A stretch of 64,000 nt of DNA from an uncultured Verrucomicrobiae bacterium (GCA_963735805.1 CAVTMK010000002.1:1653875-1717874); one strand, 5' to 3'. Counted from the stretch's first letter, positions 1-11,566 are shown. Notes: generated by a model from the letters alone, not told the origin. Numbers and translations are program-made.

Positions 1-135
1 CCACGCAACTCGTCGGTGCGCAACCTTGTCCTGGCCTTCCAAGAGCTTTAGAAATACTGGTAGCACTGCGAGCGGGTTAATAATTGCCAGCAGTGTTGTA
101 AAGGTACTCAGGAATAGGGTTGTAATCGTGTTCAC
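1..135 (-). CDS. MarC family membrane protein, 5' part (runs off window)
   Basis: Hand translation from GTG at 135: MNTITTLFLSTFTTLLAIINPLAVLPVFLKLLEGQ..., the typical MarC N-terminal 'F..L..I.NP....P.F' pattern. Confidence 0.75.
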   Translation of the reverse strand, partial: MNTITTLFLSTFTTLLAIINPLAVLPVFLKLLEGQDKVAHRRVAW

Positions 136-201
136 GGGTTTAAACTTTTCCGACCGGAAGGCGCTACATTTCAGTTAGGTCTGTAGCGCTGGTAATCCGT
201 G

Positions 202-1185
202 TCACTGGAACAGGACGCCCTTGATAAGCTTCGGAATAACAGGAGTGATCGACACCTGCACGTTCCACTCCTGTCCGGAGATCCGTGGATGCACAGGCAT
301 ATACTGCACCGCGAGCTGAATTTTGACGGGCAGACGCCCGAACTTTACGACCTTGGCCAGACCCAGCCCGACGGGAACAGTCCAGACATCCTCAGATGGC
401 GCGGTCCAGTCCGCAAGGATATTCCCCGAATAACCGATGCTCCAGCCCTCGCCGAAGAAAACGGTGGCAATAGGCTGCAGGTTCATCTGGTTCGTATCGG
501 GCCGGAAGTGCTCGCCGCCGATAGACCACCATTGCTGGGGAAACACGCCAATGAAAAACTGTTTCGTGAGGTAACCCACCACGACACTGGGTCCAAGCTG
601 CCACTTGCCCTGGCCGGTGAACACCGAGGTCGCGGTCGGGAAGATGGCGGTAGGACCCGCTCCGAGAATCCAGTTGCCAGAGTGCGCAGGTGACAGCAAC
701 TCCAGCAGAGTCAAATCGCCCAGCCCAGCGTCCCGCGCGAATTCGCCAGGGGACGTCTCGTGCGGGACGATATTGTAGAAGGGCATCACCGGCCGCGTGA
801 TCAGGTTCCAGTCTTTGGTCAGGCTCACAGGCATGACCGGCTGGAAATTCCAGTTGTTGCTCCATTGGCCGTTGTTCAGCTCGAAGTTATTGAACTGATT
901 CGCGATGGACCAGATGCTGCTCACCGGGTTCGTCAGCTCCCGGTTCAGATCGCTTGCCGATTCTTCTTTATTAGAGGATTCGGTAACCGCGCCAAAGCTT
1001 AAATTCTGATTTAATCGAAAGGGCGATAAGTTAAGCTCAGCGTCCTCGCCAAGAGCGGCAGGTTCGCCCTTCATGTTACCGTAAGGATCGACTTCCGGAG
1101 AATTCGTCGCGCGAACGGCCGGAACTACTGAAAAAATTCCCAACGTAAGGACAGTGGCTCGTATAACGAGTGGAGACTGCCTCAT
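202..1185 (-). CDS. Outer-membrane beta-barrel protein ('neuromedin U'-annotated family, often found near sulfatases)
   Basis: Signal peptide; LTNPVS, QPVMP, LITR, GLGD, GKWQLGP motifs; amphipathic strands. Confidence 0.7.
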   Translation of the reverse strand: MRQSPLVIRATVLTLGIFSVVPAVRATNSPEVDPYGNMKGEPAALGEDAELNLSPFRLNQNLSFGAVTESSNKEESASDLNRELTNPVSSIWSIANQFNNFELNNGQWSNNWNFQPVMPVSLTKDWNLITRPVMPFYNIVPHETSPGEFARDAGLGDLTLLELLSPAHSGNWILGAGPTAIFPTATSVFTGQGKWQLGPSVVVGYLTKQFFIGVFPQQWWSIGGEHFRPDTNQMNLQPIATVFFGEGWSIGYSGNILADWTAPSEDVWTVPVGLGLAKVVKFGRLPVKIQLAVQYMPVHPRISGQEWNVQVSITPVIPKLIKGVLFQ

Positions 1186-1216
1186 ATCCTCCCTTTGATC
1201 TCTTTAGTTCCAGATA

Positions 1217-1244
1217 AACAAGAACAGCAGCCAACAGGCTGCTG
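1217..1244 (-). terminator. Putative intrinsic terminator
   Basis: Stem cagcagc/gctgctg (1225-1244) followed on the minus strand by ttcttgtt. Confidence 0.45.
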
Positions 1245-1267
1245 CCCTCGTTTATTCTGTCATTCTT

Positions 1268-1739
1268 TTACCAATCTCCCATAGCGTTCACGCCCATCGG
1301 ACCAAATCCACCGAACTGCTGAACTTCGATGTGGTTGGGTCCGGCAGTCTCAAACGTGGGCATCGAGAGACTGTCCTGCCATCTGCCCCTGACCTTGCTG
1401 AGCCGCCGTCTGGCTGGCTGGATGGCTGGCATACGCCGTCGCGAGCGCCTGTTTATAGGCGTTGAATTGCTTTTGTCTCCCTACGTAGATCTTGTCCTTC
1501 GTGGCAGTCGGAAACACGTAATACAATTTTCCGTTGTACTTCACGGCTGTGACCCTGCCCTGGGTAAGTCCACTGATCGCCTGTTGCTGCTTGGGGGTGG
1601 TGACCGTGATGACCTTAAAACCCGACTGAGTGAGCAAGGCCTCTTTCTGGGCCATAACGTCGCCTGTACCGGTGGTCTGACACGCTACCAATAGCGCCAG
1701 AACCGTCCCGATACCTGTTAATGTTAATAGTTTTTTCAT
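1268..1739 (-). CDS. Small lipoprotein, paralog 1 (one frameshift near 1365)
   Basis: MKKLLT...LVAC lipobox; GFKVITVTTPKQQQ core; C-terminus FETAGPNHIEV...MGDW* lies in another frame and matches paralog 2. Confidence 0.75.
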
Positions 1740-1822
1740 ATATGTTTGGGTTGGTTGTTTTTGTTGGTGTTTAACTTTTATAGAAACGAAACGACGAAAT
1801 TCCAAGCATTAAATGTCGCCAC

Positions 1823-2303
1823 TTACCAATCCCCTAAAGAGGCCGTGCCCATCGGACCAAAACCATCGAACTGGTCAATCTCGATGTGATTGGGCCCTGC
1901 GGTCTCGTATGTCATTGTAGGCGCTGGGTTGATCAGCTGCTGACCGTGCTGAGTCTGGCTGGGCCGCTGATGGCTTGCCAGTCCGGCTGAGCGCATTCTT
2001 ATAGGCGTTGAATTGCGTCTGTCTCCCGACGTAGATCTTGTCCTTCGTCGCCGTGGGAAAAACATAATATAGTTTCCCGTTGTACTTCACGGCTGAGACC
2101 CTGTACTGCGCTAATCCGTTGATAGCCTGTTGCTGTTTTGGGGTGGTGACCGTTATGACCTTAAAACCGGACTGCGCGAGCAAGAACTCTTTCTTGGAAG
2201 CGGCGAGCTCCGCGTGGTTGGTTGTGGCCGTCTGGCACGCTGCCACTAGTATCAGGACCGCCCCGATGCCGGCGATGCTTGTTACTGTTAATAGTTTTTT
2301 CAT
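1823..2303 (-). CDS. Small lipoprotein, paralog 2 (one frameshift near 1985)
   Basis: MKKLLT...VAAC lipobox; tandem duplicate of 1268-1739; C-terminus YETAGPNHIEIDQFDGFGPMGTASLGDW is in ORF 1823..2065. Confidence 0.75.
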
Positions 2304-2376
2304 GTTCTCTCCTCTAGGTGCTTGTTGGCGTATGAGTTTATAAAAAATCAGATAACGACATTCCAAGCATTAATTT

Positions 2377-4832
2377 TCATCGTCGCCCGCCACCGCGAAA
2401 ACCGCCCCCACCAAATCCGCCAAAGCGGCCAAAACCGGCCGCCGCCGCCCCCAAAGCGATCGCCGCCGAGATCCTCCGCCGCCACCGAAGCGATCAAAGC
2501 CGCCGCCCTGAAAGCCCTGGAACCGCTGGCTCGAAGAGTCACCACGCGACCGGTTCTGAGCCTCGCGGTCCAAATCACCGGATCCACCTCCACCGCCGGA
2601 CCGATCGAAACCGCTTCCCCCTGAACGGTCGACGCCGCCCCCGCTGCCAGCTCGATCATCGCTACTCGCTGCAGACGACCGTTGCTGATAACTCTCGCTC
2701 CCTGTCCGTTGCTGGCTATTTTCTGCTCCTTGCCAGTTAGGCTGAGGCTTATTTACTGAGTTCCAGCTTCCATTGTCGTACTTCTGCCAGCCATTACCTG
2801 TGTTCTTGTACACGTTACCATCGTGCCCGGCGTACATGTTACCGCTGGCAGTTTTACCAACCGCACTGTTCCCCCACTTCGTGCTGGAAGCGGCCACTTT
2901 TCCTCCCTGCGAATCAGCGGCGCCTGCCACGGTTCCATTCGCTGTTGAGTAATGACCCATGGTAGCGCTCTGGTTTCCTCGCGACACATAGGAACTACCC
3001 CATTGAGCGTTCGGACTCGAACCTTGTCTCGTCTGAGCATAGGTGCCGGTGTACGGGTTATATGCCTGTGCTGCGCTTCTGCTGCCATACGGTGTCGAAA
3101 CCGAAGCCGCCTCGCGCATAAGTGCCGGTGTAAGGATTGTAACCGGCTCCTCGCGTTGCCGATCCGTACGGTCCATAGGCCGTTTGTTTCCATCCGTAAG
3201 CTCCCGTGGCAGAATCATAGTAAGGCGTTGGATAATGATAACCGTAGCCCCCGTAATACGCGCCACAGTATGTTCCCGGGTAGGGATAGTAAAACCCACC
3301 ATAACAATATGGTGGCCACCAATAGCCACTCCCATCGGCAAGAATCGCTCCCGCGGCAGCGCCCAGAATGAATGTGCCTAAATATCCCGCTGTATAGTTC
3401 GCTGTAACCGTGCCGTCCGAATTCCCGGTTTGGGTAACATAGGTCACGTTATAAACTGGCGAGCTGGAGGGAATCGTGTAGATCTCCTGCGGAACGGATG
3501 TGCACGTAGTCCATGGCCCTATCGGACTAGGCGACATGAACCACACGCCCTGGAGGCAAAGGTAATAGACGTCTCCAGCTTTAATTACTTTATCGGGAGT
3601 GTTGGCCGCATATTCCATCGATGTTCCCTTGATCGGCTCAAACTTCGGATCGCCGGCATACTCAACTTTAACCTTGGCCGCCGCTTCCTTTGAGTTGACC
3701 GTCATCGTGGTCGGAACCTGCGCCAGCAAAACGGCATCTTTTGCTTCCTCGGTCCCGGGAACTGAAGCAAGTATCGCCGAAGCAGGACTGCTCAGCGGAA
3801 TTTTGGCGAAGTCAGGCGGAAGATCAGGCGTCGCGTAAGTCCAGGAGCCCTGTTGCAGATCAGCCGTCCGAAACCATCGGCCAGCCGTCAAATAGTAAAA
3901 TTGTTGTGTCGGCGTAAAGACGAACACGACACTGTTTGTGTTCGTCGCGTATTCAAGCTGCGTGTCCGGAATCTGCGCGTAAACGGGCTGACCATCGAAA
4001 AGAATGACTTCGGCCGGCTTATCGCTATAGAAGACGTCTGGCGTAACTCCTCCCGATTTAGCGGGTGGCGGGATAAATTTTTTGAGCGCGCTCCATTGTT
4101 TGTCCTGCGGCACCTTGGACATGTCCGGCGGCAACTTGCTTCGTGGCCGACCATTGACCCTCAAGGCTACTGTTAGCCAGCCATTGCTGACCAACCGCGA
4201 GGTAGTAAGTGGAATTTCCGGAGTCGAAAAACAATGGCCACTGCGTGTTAACGACGAACTTCAAATTCGTGTTCGGAACTTGCGAAAGAACAGGCTCACC
4301 ATTCACGCTCAACAAAATCGACGGCCGGTAACCGACAAAAATCTTGGGCGGATCGTTGTTCAATTGCGCGCCGGCCGGTGCCTCCTTCTTTGGCGTGGAC
4401 GCGATCAAAGAATGCAAAGAGACTGAGAAGGTCGATGGAACAAATGTTTTAAACAATTGCTCCATCTTTTCTGCGGTGGCGTTGTCCAGCGAAGGAAAGT
4501 ACGTGCCTGTAACCTGCGGATTCGTGATGACGACAACCTTGGCAACGTTGTCCACGTTCGTGTTTCCCTTCATTTCCACGACACCCACCACTGTCTTTGC
4601 CGGTCTTGGGCGTCAGCGAAATCGCCATTCGCCAGCTCAGGTCCTGAAAATTCTTCCAATCATCGACCTGCGGTTGATAAATAATGAGCCGGGTACCGTT
4701 ACTGTATTTCTCGCGCGGCCAGCTTGAATCGGATCCCGTCGTGGAGTTGGCCGCAGTGGTGTTAATTGGCGAGACAAGGAGTATTCCAATAACGGTCCAC
4801 CATGGGAGCCAAGAAGCATTGATCAATTTCAT
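2377..4832 (-). CDS. Large secreted protein with YNPYTGTY repeats and a Gly/Arg-rich tail; split by about 4-5 frameshifts
   Basis: Consecutive overlapping ORFs 4449-4931, 4058-4591, 3058-4194 and 2370-3341 join into one protein: signal peptide MKLINASW, WPR..IYQPQVDDW, repeated W(F/L)-x-A-x-x-L-x-G-x-W motifs, ending FGGGGFRGGGRR*. Confidence 0.7.
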
Positions 4833-4880
4833 AGGAGTCTGGACCAAAATTAGCCTATCGCCCCCTCGGGGCCGTTGGCA

Positions 4881-4898
4881 ATAGGACTTTAGGGCAAT
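4881..4898 (-). promoter_or_regulatory. Regulator box, copy 1
   Basis: ATAGGACTTTAGGGCAAT; on the minus strand its last T begins TTGCCA-N18-TAGGCT, about 50 bp upstream of the start at 4832. Confidence 0.8.
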
Positions 4899-4990
4899 AG
4901 ATAGAGGCAACGTCTCTTCGAAGCCGCGCACTCATTTCGAATGTTGATTGGTTTTTCAAATTAAACCCGACCCAACTGAGGAAAGCCTGT

Positions 4991-6082
4991 TTATGGGTTC
5001 AGTGACCTGATGCTTTCCGCGCCCTTCATCGAAATCTTGGTGATATCCTTGGCGTCTAGGTTCATTTTCATCAGGTCCACCATTCGAATCTGACTGTTCT
5101 CGTAAGTGCGGAAACAGAACCGCTTCGCCTTGAGATCGCTCGCGCTCGTCCAGATCGTGTAGTCGGCAAGGACGTTTCCGTGCTCGTCCTTCTCATGTTC
5201 ACGGGCCGCGCCTTTTGGAATGTCGAATTGGTTCAGGACGTGGAACGCCTCCAAGACCGCATCATACCCTGTCTTTGGCTTAAAGACGGAGTGACTGAAC
5301 GCGACGGCGCGAACGAAGCGCGAGGGCGGTGTGAAGTCTCCCGGCAGCCCGAGCATGCCCGAGCCTTGGCCGGTTGGCAGGAGTTTGACAGGTCCCAGTT
5401 GCACCGGAGGAGCGTTGGTCATCGAGAAGTTCAGATAGTTGCGCAGATTGGTCATGTGCCAATCGAACGTCGGCGAGTTAGTGATCACACCCAGCGAGTT
5501 GTCATGGACGTTGAGCTTGCCGCCGACATACTCGATCACGATGCTTTTGCCGGAAGCGTCATGCAAAATGTAGTGCGCCTCCGGAGCGAAGCCCCACCCG
5601 CCGAACACGACGGCTGGGACGACAATATTGCCTATATTGGCCTTTACTTCCTCGACGCTGGCGAAGTTCTCCAAGATCCACGACCCCACTTCCCACTGTG
5701 CGATGGTCTTGCCCGCATCGGCTCCGGTATAGGGCATGTATCCGGCGGAGGTAGGAAAGTAGAACGTCCCGGCGGCTAGACCTTTTTCGTTCAACCCGTC
5801 GAATAGGACCGGTAGCCCCACACCATTGGCCCCGACGCTCGCGTACTTCGCTTTCCACTTAAGCCCTTCCTTTCCGTCGGGCGTAGTTCCGGTCCGCGCA
5901 TAGCCGCGCGGAACCATGATCACGTCGGAATTAATATCGATGGCAAATTCCATCGTGCGCGCGTGGATGACCGAGCCATCTTCGGCAATGAGTCGGATTC
6001 CAGTGCAGCCTTGCGCGGCATTGGCCAGCAGCGAGCAGATGGCAGCGGCAGTAATGAGTGTCTTTCTGATTTGGTTTTTCAT
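4991..6082 (-). CDS. Choloylglycine hydrolase / penicillin V acylase family Ntn hydrolase, secreted
   Basis: Signal peptide followed by nucleophile Cys (AQG|CTGI); RTMEF, DGLNEKGL, TNSP, LPGDFTPPSRFVRA motifs. Confidence 0.9.
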   Translation of the reverse strand: MKNQIRKTLITAAAICSLLANAAQGCTGIRLIAEDGSVIHARTMEFAIDINSDVIMVPRGYARTGTTPDGKEGLKWKAKYASVGANGVGLPVLFDGLNEKGLAAGTFYFPTSAGYMPYTGADAGKTIAQWEVGSWILENFASVEEVKANIGNIVVPAVVFGGWGFAPEAHYILHDASGKSIVIEYVGGKLNVHDNSLGVITNSPTFDWHMTNLRNYLNFSMTNAPPVQLGPVKLLPTGQGSGMLGLPGDFTPPSRFVRAVAFSHSVFKPKTGYDAVLEAFHVLNQFDIPKGAAREHEKDEHGNVLADYTIWTSASDLKAKRFCFRTYENSQIRMVDLMKMNLDAKDITKISMKGAESIRSLNP

Positions 6083-6160
6083 TTGGTGGCTCTTCTATAT
6101 TTGAAGTGAGGAGCTATACGTTCGCCACTAACCAGTTCACCGGTCCGACTCCAGTCTTGG

Positions 6161-6439
6161 TCAACGCCGGGATGACCAGTAAGCATCCGCCTCGGCTTCG
6201 AGTCGGTCCAAGCGCGTGTAGTAGTCCGGAAACTCCTTGAGGTGTGCCCAGGCAATCTTGCCCGTCAAATCCATGTCGTTATTGGTGACGTTCGTTTGTA
6301 AGTCCCGTGTCCCGTGTTCGAGTTCCACTTCCAGACCACGGCGGAACTGGTCGAGATCGACCTTCGCCCAATCGACGCCGAGTTTGCCGCCGACCTGCTT
6401 GGCCGCGGTGGCACTTATCCGCTGTTTTTTGGTTTTCAT
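6161..6439 (-). CDS. DUF5661-like small protein
   Basis: GLEVELEHG...TNVT...TGKIAWAHLKEFPDYYTRL; start reassigned to MKTKKQR. Confidence 0.75.
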   Translation of the reverse strand: MKTKKQRISATAAKQVGGKLGVDWAKVDLDQFRRGLEVELEHGTRDLQTNVTNNDMDLTGKIAWAHLKEFPDYYTRLDRLEAEADAYWSSRR

Positions 6440-6553
6440 GATTCTGTCCTTTTGAACGCTGGTTGGTTTTTCAAATTGAACCCGAGCTATCAGAGCAAAC
6501 AGAGGACTTGTTGCTTTCCACTTCTGACCCATTTGGTGGTATTGAAATCCGGT

Positions 6554-7588
6554 TCATTTGATTTCGGGCGTAAAGATGACCTTCCAATCATTCTTCATGC
6601 TGATGACTGTCCAGCCGTTCTTGGTCGCCTCGTCATAGAGCGCCTGCGTGAATGTGCCGACCTTTGTGTCGGGCAACCCATCAGCGGGACCGTACGCATA
6701 CTCCCGCTCTGCATCGTCGTGCAACACGAGCAACGAAAGCCGCGCGCCGTCGCCCGCCTTGGTATATTCGAGCATCTGCTGGTCGCCGGTCGAGTTGCCG
6801 AAGGCGATGTGTGGGCGGCGGCCGATCATAAGATGGATGCCTTCGGGCTTGCCGGCATCGTTGTCATTGAGCACCAGCTTCGGTTCCTTCGTGAGGAAGG
6901 GCTTACCATCCTTTTCATAGCCATACTTGGTCCCGAGCGCTGTGCCGACGACCTGCTCGGGCGGAACGCCGTACGTCTGCTCCGCGTACACGCGCACGAA
7001 GTCCTGTCCGCCGCCAGTGACGATATAGGTCTTGTAACCGTTAGCACGCAAGTATTGCATGACTTCTTTCATCGGCTGATACGTCAGCTCGGTATAAGGA
7101 CGTTTCCAACGCGGATCTTTTGCTTGGGCGAGCCACTTTTTCACTTCGGCGGTGAATTCTTCCACGGAGATGCCGGTCAGCGTGGCAATGGCTATCTTCT
7201 CGAGATCGGGCAATGTCAGCTTCTCCATCGCCGTGCGATCGCCGTGAAGCAGTTCCAAAACGGTGTTGAACGGCGCGACGTTCGCCAGTTCGGGCTTCGC
7301 CTTGACCAGAGCCGGAACTTTTTCCAGGCAATACATTACCTGGGTATAGATTGGATGCTCGACCCACAGCGTGCCGTCCTGATCAAACGTGGCGATGCGC
7401 TCCTCGACCGGTACGAATTGAGGACTGCCTTGGGTTGTAGTCGCCTTGACGAATTCTACGATGGCTTGTTTGGCCGCGCCGTCGTTCCACGAAGCCAACG
7501 GGTCGACGGCCTGCGCCTTGGTCGCTATGAGCACGACCATGTAGGCGAGTGCAATCGTTACGAGGTTTTTTTTGTACGTGGTTTTCAT
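6554..7588 (-). CDS. Secreted HAD-family hydrolase (nonspecific acid phosphatase-like)
   Basis: Signal peptide MKTTYKK...AQA; DPLASWND; HAD motif I FDQDGTLW; VTGGG; GNSTGD. Confidence 0.88.
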   Translation of the reverse strand: MKTTYKKNLVTIALAYMVVLIATKAQAVDPLASWNDGAAKQAIVEFVKATTTQGSPQFVPVEERIATFDQDGTLWVEHPIYTQVMYCLEKVPALVKAKPELANVAPFNTVLELLHGDRTAMEKLTLPDLEKIAIATLTGISVEEFTAEVKKWLAQAKDPRWKRPYTELTYQPMKEVMQYLRANGYKTYIVTGGGQDFVRVYAEQTYGVPPEQVVGTALGTKYGYEKDGKPFLTKEPKLVLNDNDAGKPEGIHLMIGRRPHIAFGNSTGDQQMLEYTKAGDGARLSLLVLHDDAEREYAYGPADGLPDTKVGTFTQALYDEATKNGWTVISMKNDWKVIFTPEIK

Positions 7589-7737
7589 AGCTTTATTTGG
7601 TTTTGATTTTTGTGGATTGCTAATTGTTTTTCTCGTTTGGTTCGTTTGATTCACCTCGCGCCGGTGAGGCATCACGTGCTCGTCGGTGGGTTGCGCTGAT
7701 CTCGGTGCAATTTTGCGCTGCCTGCTGTGAAACCTCC

Positions 7738-7755
7738 ATAGGACTTTAGGGCAAT
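7738..7755 (-). promoter_or_regulatory. Regulator box, copy 2
   Basis: ATAGGACTTTAGGGCAAT; TGGAGG-N17-CAAAAT on the minus strand. Confidence 0.8.
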
Positions 7756-8030
7756 GCCAGGTGTAGTCTCCCCGGTGCTTTTCCAGCATCACGCTCCAAA
7801 AGAAAACGACCAAAGAAATGGCCAGATCATCCGCCGAGCTGCGTGTGGTCGTCATGATTAGCGTCGTCACTTTAAGCGGCCGCCGTTAATACCTGACTCC
7901 CCCGTCTTTTGCCGGGATCCGGCCAGTCAATGCTCTTCCCAGTTGCTCGAATCCAGCTTGGCGGTTGTTAGGGCCGACAGGAACGGCGTCCCGACGTGGC
8001 TAGGCTAGCTGTTTTTGACGTTGGTTCGGC

Positions 8031-8432
8031 TCAACGAAATGGGTCACGGCCCCCGCCCCATTGGTTCTCCCAACTCCGGGCGAAGGGGTGATTCATCTCC
8101 TCTTCCGGTGCCTGCGCAACGTGTTGCTGTGTGCAGAGCTGTTGATACCGTTGATGTGCAGATTCTCCGCCGATATAAGCCACGCCGGCTTTCTCGTCTT
8201 TAAAGACGTAGAACCCTTTGCCGTTCAGTGTGGCGTGGTCGAGTTTGTTGCTCGGAAGTGCGGCGTAGAGCTCCTTTTGTTTTGCCGTCTGCGGAGTGTG
8301 CGCACGGAAGCCGGCTTGGGAGAGCAACGATGGGGTGTTTTCTGTTTGCATGCTGGCGCAGCCGGCAAAGAAAATAATGCCGCAGGCGGTCACGATGAGA
8401 ATCAGGCTCAAGTTAGTTATTCTGGTTTTCAT
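8031..8432 (-). CDS. Small lipoprotein, paralog 3
   Basis: FAGC lipobox; LLSQAGFRAHTPQTAKQKE; near-duplicate of 8691-9086. Confidence 0.8.
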   Translation of the reverse strand: MKTRITNLSLILIVTACGIIFFAGCASMQTENTPSLLSQAGFRAHTPQTAKQKELYAALPSNKLDHATLNGKGFYVFKDEKAGVAYIGGESAHQRYQQLCTQQHVAQAPEEEMNHPFARSWENQWGGGRDPFR

Positions 8433-8690
8433 GGTTTTGTTGCGTGTTGATTGGCTGCGACTCGTAAGTAGAAAACGCGGCGACCGCTAGCGTCAATATT
8501 TCTTTCGTCTGTCACGAAAATGTAACAATCGCGCGCGGACTGAGCGGAGATGAAAAGCATCCCCAAGGTCTAACGAGATTGACTGCCTAATCCGTTTCGG
8601 CCTAGTCTTCGCCGGTCGATAAAAGTTTTGCTGCCGCCCCGAAATGGCTTGCGGCTGGCGCATCTCCCAGAATTTCAACATTAGGAGCGG

Positions 8691-9086
8691 TCACCCACTG
8701 TAATCGTGGTGCAATTCCCTGGCCCAACTCCGGGTGAAGAAATCATTCATCTGCTCTTCCGGTGCCTGCGCGACATGCTGCTCCGTACAGAGCTGCTGAT
8801 ACCGTCGATGTTCCGGTTCTCCGCCCACATATTCCACGCCGGCTTTCTCGTCTTTAAAGACGTAGAAGACTTTGCCCTTCGTTGTGCCACGCTCGAGTTT
8901 GTTACTTGGAAGCGCTGCATAGAGCTCCTTTTCCTTTGTCGTCTGCGGAGTGCGCGCACGGAAGCCGGCTTGGGAAAGTAACGATGTGGTCTTATTTGTT
9001 TCCATGCTGGCGCAACCGGCAAAGAAAATGATGCCGCAGCCGGCCACGATGAGAATCAGGCTCAAGTTAGTTATTCTGGTTTTCAT
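8691..9086 (-). CDS. Small lipoprotein, paralog 4
   Basis: FAGC lipobox; LLSQAGFRARTPQTTKEKE. Confidence 0.8.
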   Translation of the reverse strand: MKTRITNLSLILIVAGCGIIFFAGCASMETNKTTSLLSQAGFRARTPQTTKEKELYAALPSNKLERGTTKGKVFYVFKDEKAGVEYVGGEPEHRRYQQLCTEQHVAQAPEEQMNDFFTRSWARELHHDYSG

Positions 9087-9258
9087 GGTTCGTTGCGTAC
9101 TCGATAAAAGTTTTGCTGCAAACTATGCGGATCCCTGAAACGCGGCTCAACAATCCACTCCGTTTTCATTGTTCTTAATGTTCTTGTTTATCGGTTTCTC
9201 AAACTTTCTGAAAGCCGTTTTTTAAAACTATATCTTTGTAGAGGTCGTAATTGGTCGT

Positions 9259-9759
9259 TTACACTTCCGACGCAGGCATCGAACCGAAGAATATTTTCAT
9301 CACCTTTTCCCTTCCCATGACGCGCACCAGCTCGTGCATCGTGCAATACATGGCAATGAGGACGAACAGAATAATCTGGATAGCCCAGAAATGCGGCCAG
9401 ATGATTTCACCCAGCAACTTCTTATTGCCCGCAACAAAGCCGCCAGTTTGCCGCCAGAAATCAATAAGGCGCTCCACATAGTGAATAAGCGTGGCCATTA
9501 GCCAGTAGATCAAAGTCTTCCAGGCGACGTTGTAGATGAGCGGTTTATTGGGAAAGCGATTGATCATCGGCACCATGTCCGCGATTAGCACTGCCTTGCC
9601 CAGAATGAGTGAGGCGACGGCAATTGAAATTGTAGAGGATGGCTTCAGCCCGGTTCTCTCCAACATCAATATGCGAACGATCATGACAATATGCAGCGCG
9701 ACGAAAAAGAAGATTGTCGGCGGCAGGATCTTGAAGAACTCTTCTTTTAGTTTGGCCAT
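9259..9759 (-). CDS. Conserved hypothetical inner-membrane protein (about 4 TM)
   Basis: Hydrophobic segments; LPPTIFFF, GKAVLIAD, WPHFWAIQI; start reassigned to MAKLKEE. Confidence 0.7.
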   Translation of the reverse strand: MAKLKEEFFKILPPTIFFFVALHIVMIVRILMLERTGLKPSSTISIAVASLILGKAVLIADMVPMINRFPNKPLIYNVAWKTLIYWLMATLIHYVERLIDFWRQTGGFVAGNKKLLGEIIWPHFWAIQIILFVLIAMYCTMHELVRVMGREKVMKIFFGSMPASEV

Positions 9760-9908
9760 TTTGAAGTCATTTCCTTTCGACTGATGACGGCCAGCGACGT
9801 CCGGGGAACGCCCGCGGAAACATCGAAGCACCGATCGCCGGACTGATCAGCGACACCGTGATCATGGCTTGAAGTTGGTTGTGCATGTCTGTTTGGGGCG
9901 ATCGATTC

Positions 9909-11365
9909 TTACAAAATTGGCCCCAACATCGCAATGGTGTTGTTCCAAAGCCGGCGGGTAATCGGCCATTGGGCCACCGTCTCGGCGGTGACGGGATGGG
10001 AGCAGGCAAGATAGGCGTCCTGACGGCGGCGCATTTCGGCAGTTAAAGTCGGATCGTAGAACAGAATGTTGTTCTCGTAATTCAAATCGAAACTGCGCCG
10101 GTCCATGTTGGCCGAGCCGATCAGGGTGACTTCCCCGTCCAATGTGACTGACTTGGTATGGAGGAGACCGCCTTCGTACTCGTAAATGCGGACTCCGGCG
10201 GCGAGCAAGTCACTGTAGTAACTGCGACTGGCCGCGCCGACGATCCATGAGTCGTTTCGCGCTGGGAAAATAATAGTGGTGCGCAACGCCGCGCCGGGCA
10301 CTGGCACAAAGAGCGCTCTGCATGGCTTCGTCTGGCACATAATAAGGAGTCGTGATGACCAGCTCTCGCCGGGCGGTGTACAACAGAGTTTCGAAGACTT
10401 CGGGCATCGCCGAGTTATATACCGTCGGCCCGGTGCCAATGACCTGCGCTGTCAACCCAGGGTCGCAGGGCGGCAACGGTTGACGCAACAAGGGCGTGAG
10501 ATCGCCATCCATTTGCGCCATCCAGTCGGTCACGAAAAGATACTGATTCTGCCGCGCAATCGGCCCCTCAAAACGCATCATCGCATCTACCCATGGAGCA
10601 AACCTTGCCTTGATCCGGAACTCGGGGTCTGCGCAGTTCTGACTGCCGCAATAGGTGATTCGGTTATCAATCACCAGAATCTTGCGGTGATTGCGCAAAT
10701 CGATGCGTCCTCGCAACGGACGCAAGAGGAGATTGCCAATGGGCAGGGCGGTAGCCACCTGAACGCCGGCCGCCTGCATGGCTTTCCAATGTGGGGATTC
10801 GATCATGATGCGCGAGCCCAATCCATCGGCCATCACCCGGCAGATCACCTTACGCGCAACGGCGCGTTTCAGCGCCTCGACCACTTTGAGTCCGTTGTTA
10901 TCCGGCAGCCAGATGTAAAAGGTCAGATGGACATGATCCCGAGAAGCATCAATATCTGCGACCATGGAATCGATGGTCGCGTTGGAATCCGGCAGCAAGG
11001 GTCGCGCAGTTACCACCCACGGGCTCGAAGCCATTGACCGAGTGTCCGAGCCGGAAGAGGTGGGCGTAGGTCTCTGGGATTTTCGGTTGCAGATCAGGCG
11101 AATCCATTCCCGGGACCTTGGTAAGGTCAGGCATGGCGGCCAGCACCGCGCACAGACGACTCACACGCCGGCGGCCGATACTGGTTTCACCGAGAAAGAT
11201 ATAAGCCAGGATGCCGATCACGGGCAGAACAATGATGACGACGATCCAGGCAACCCGAGAAGCCGGCTCCCGGTGCGGCCGCAAAATGACCCGCGCAATC
11301 ACGCCGAGGTGGATCAGGACAAAGGCTCCTGTCCACAGTGCAGCTAGGACCTCGCTTTTAGTCAT
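9909..11365 (-). CDS. cls: Cardiolipin synthase (two frameshifts, near 10995 and 10275)
   Basis: Two N-terminal TM helices (PLDc_N); two HKD motifs NHRKILVID and LHTKSVTLD; GSANMDRRSFDLNYE; spread over three ORFs. Confidence 0.88.
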
Positions 11366-11566
11366 TCAACAACGGCTGGGTTGACGTGGTCGTTTTCTCT
11401 CTCGTATCGATACCCGAGCTTCGGAACGAAGAAAAGCCTCGTTTGGAGCTAAGTTAACCCCGGATATTAACGTAGTTTATCCGAGAGCTTCGCCCGTATA
11501 AGGACGCGCCCGAGCATATGCGAACAGCCCGCGCGTTTCACGATCGAAAGGATTAGATAATCGCGG

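Noticed and set aside
6314..7606. Long plus-strand ORFs (also 13429-14388, 21219-22421, 25176-26078)
   Set aside because: Antisense shadows of well-supported minus-strand genes in GC-rich DNA; no recognisable motifs.
7960..8025. attC-like fragment (gttaggg...cgtggctaggctagctgtttttgacgttgg)
   Set aside because: No matching R'' core or paired L boxes could be identified.
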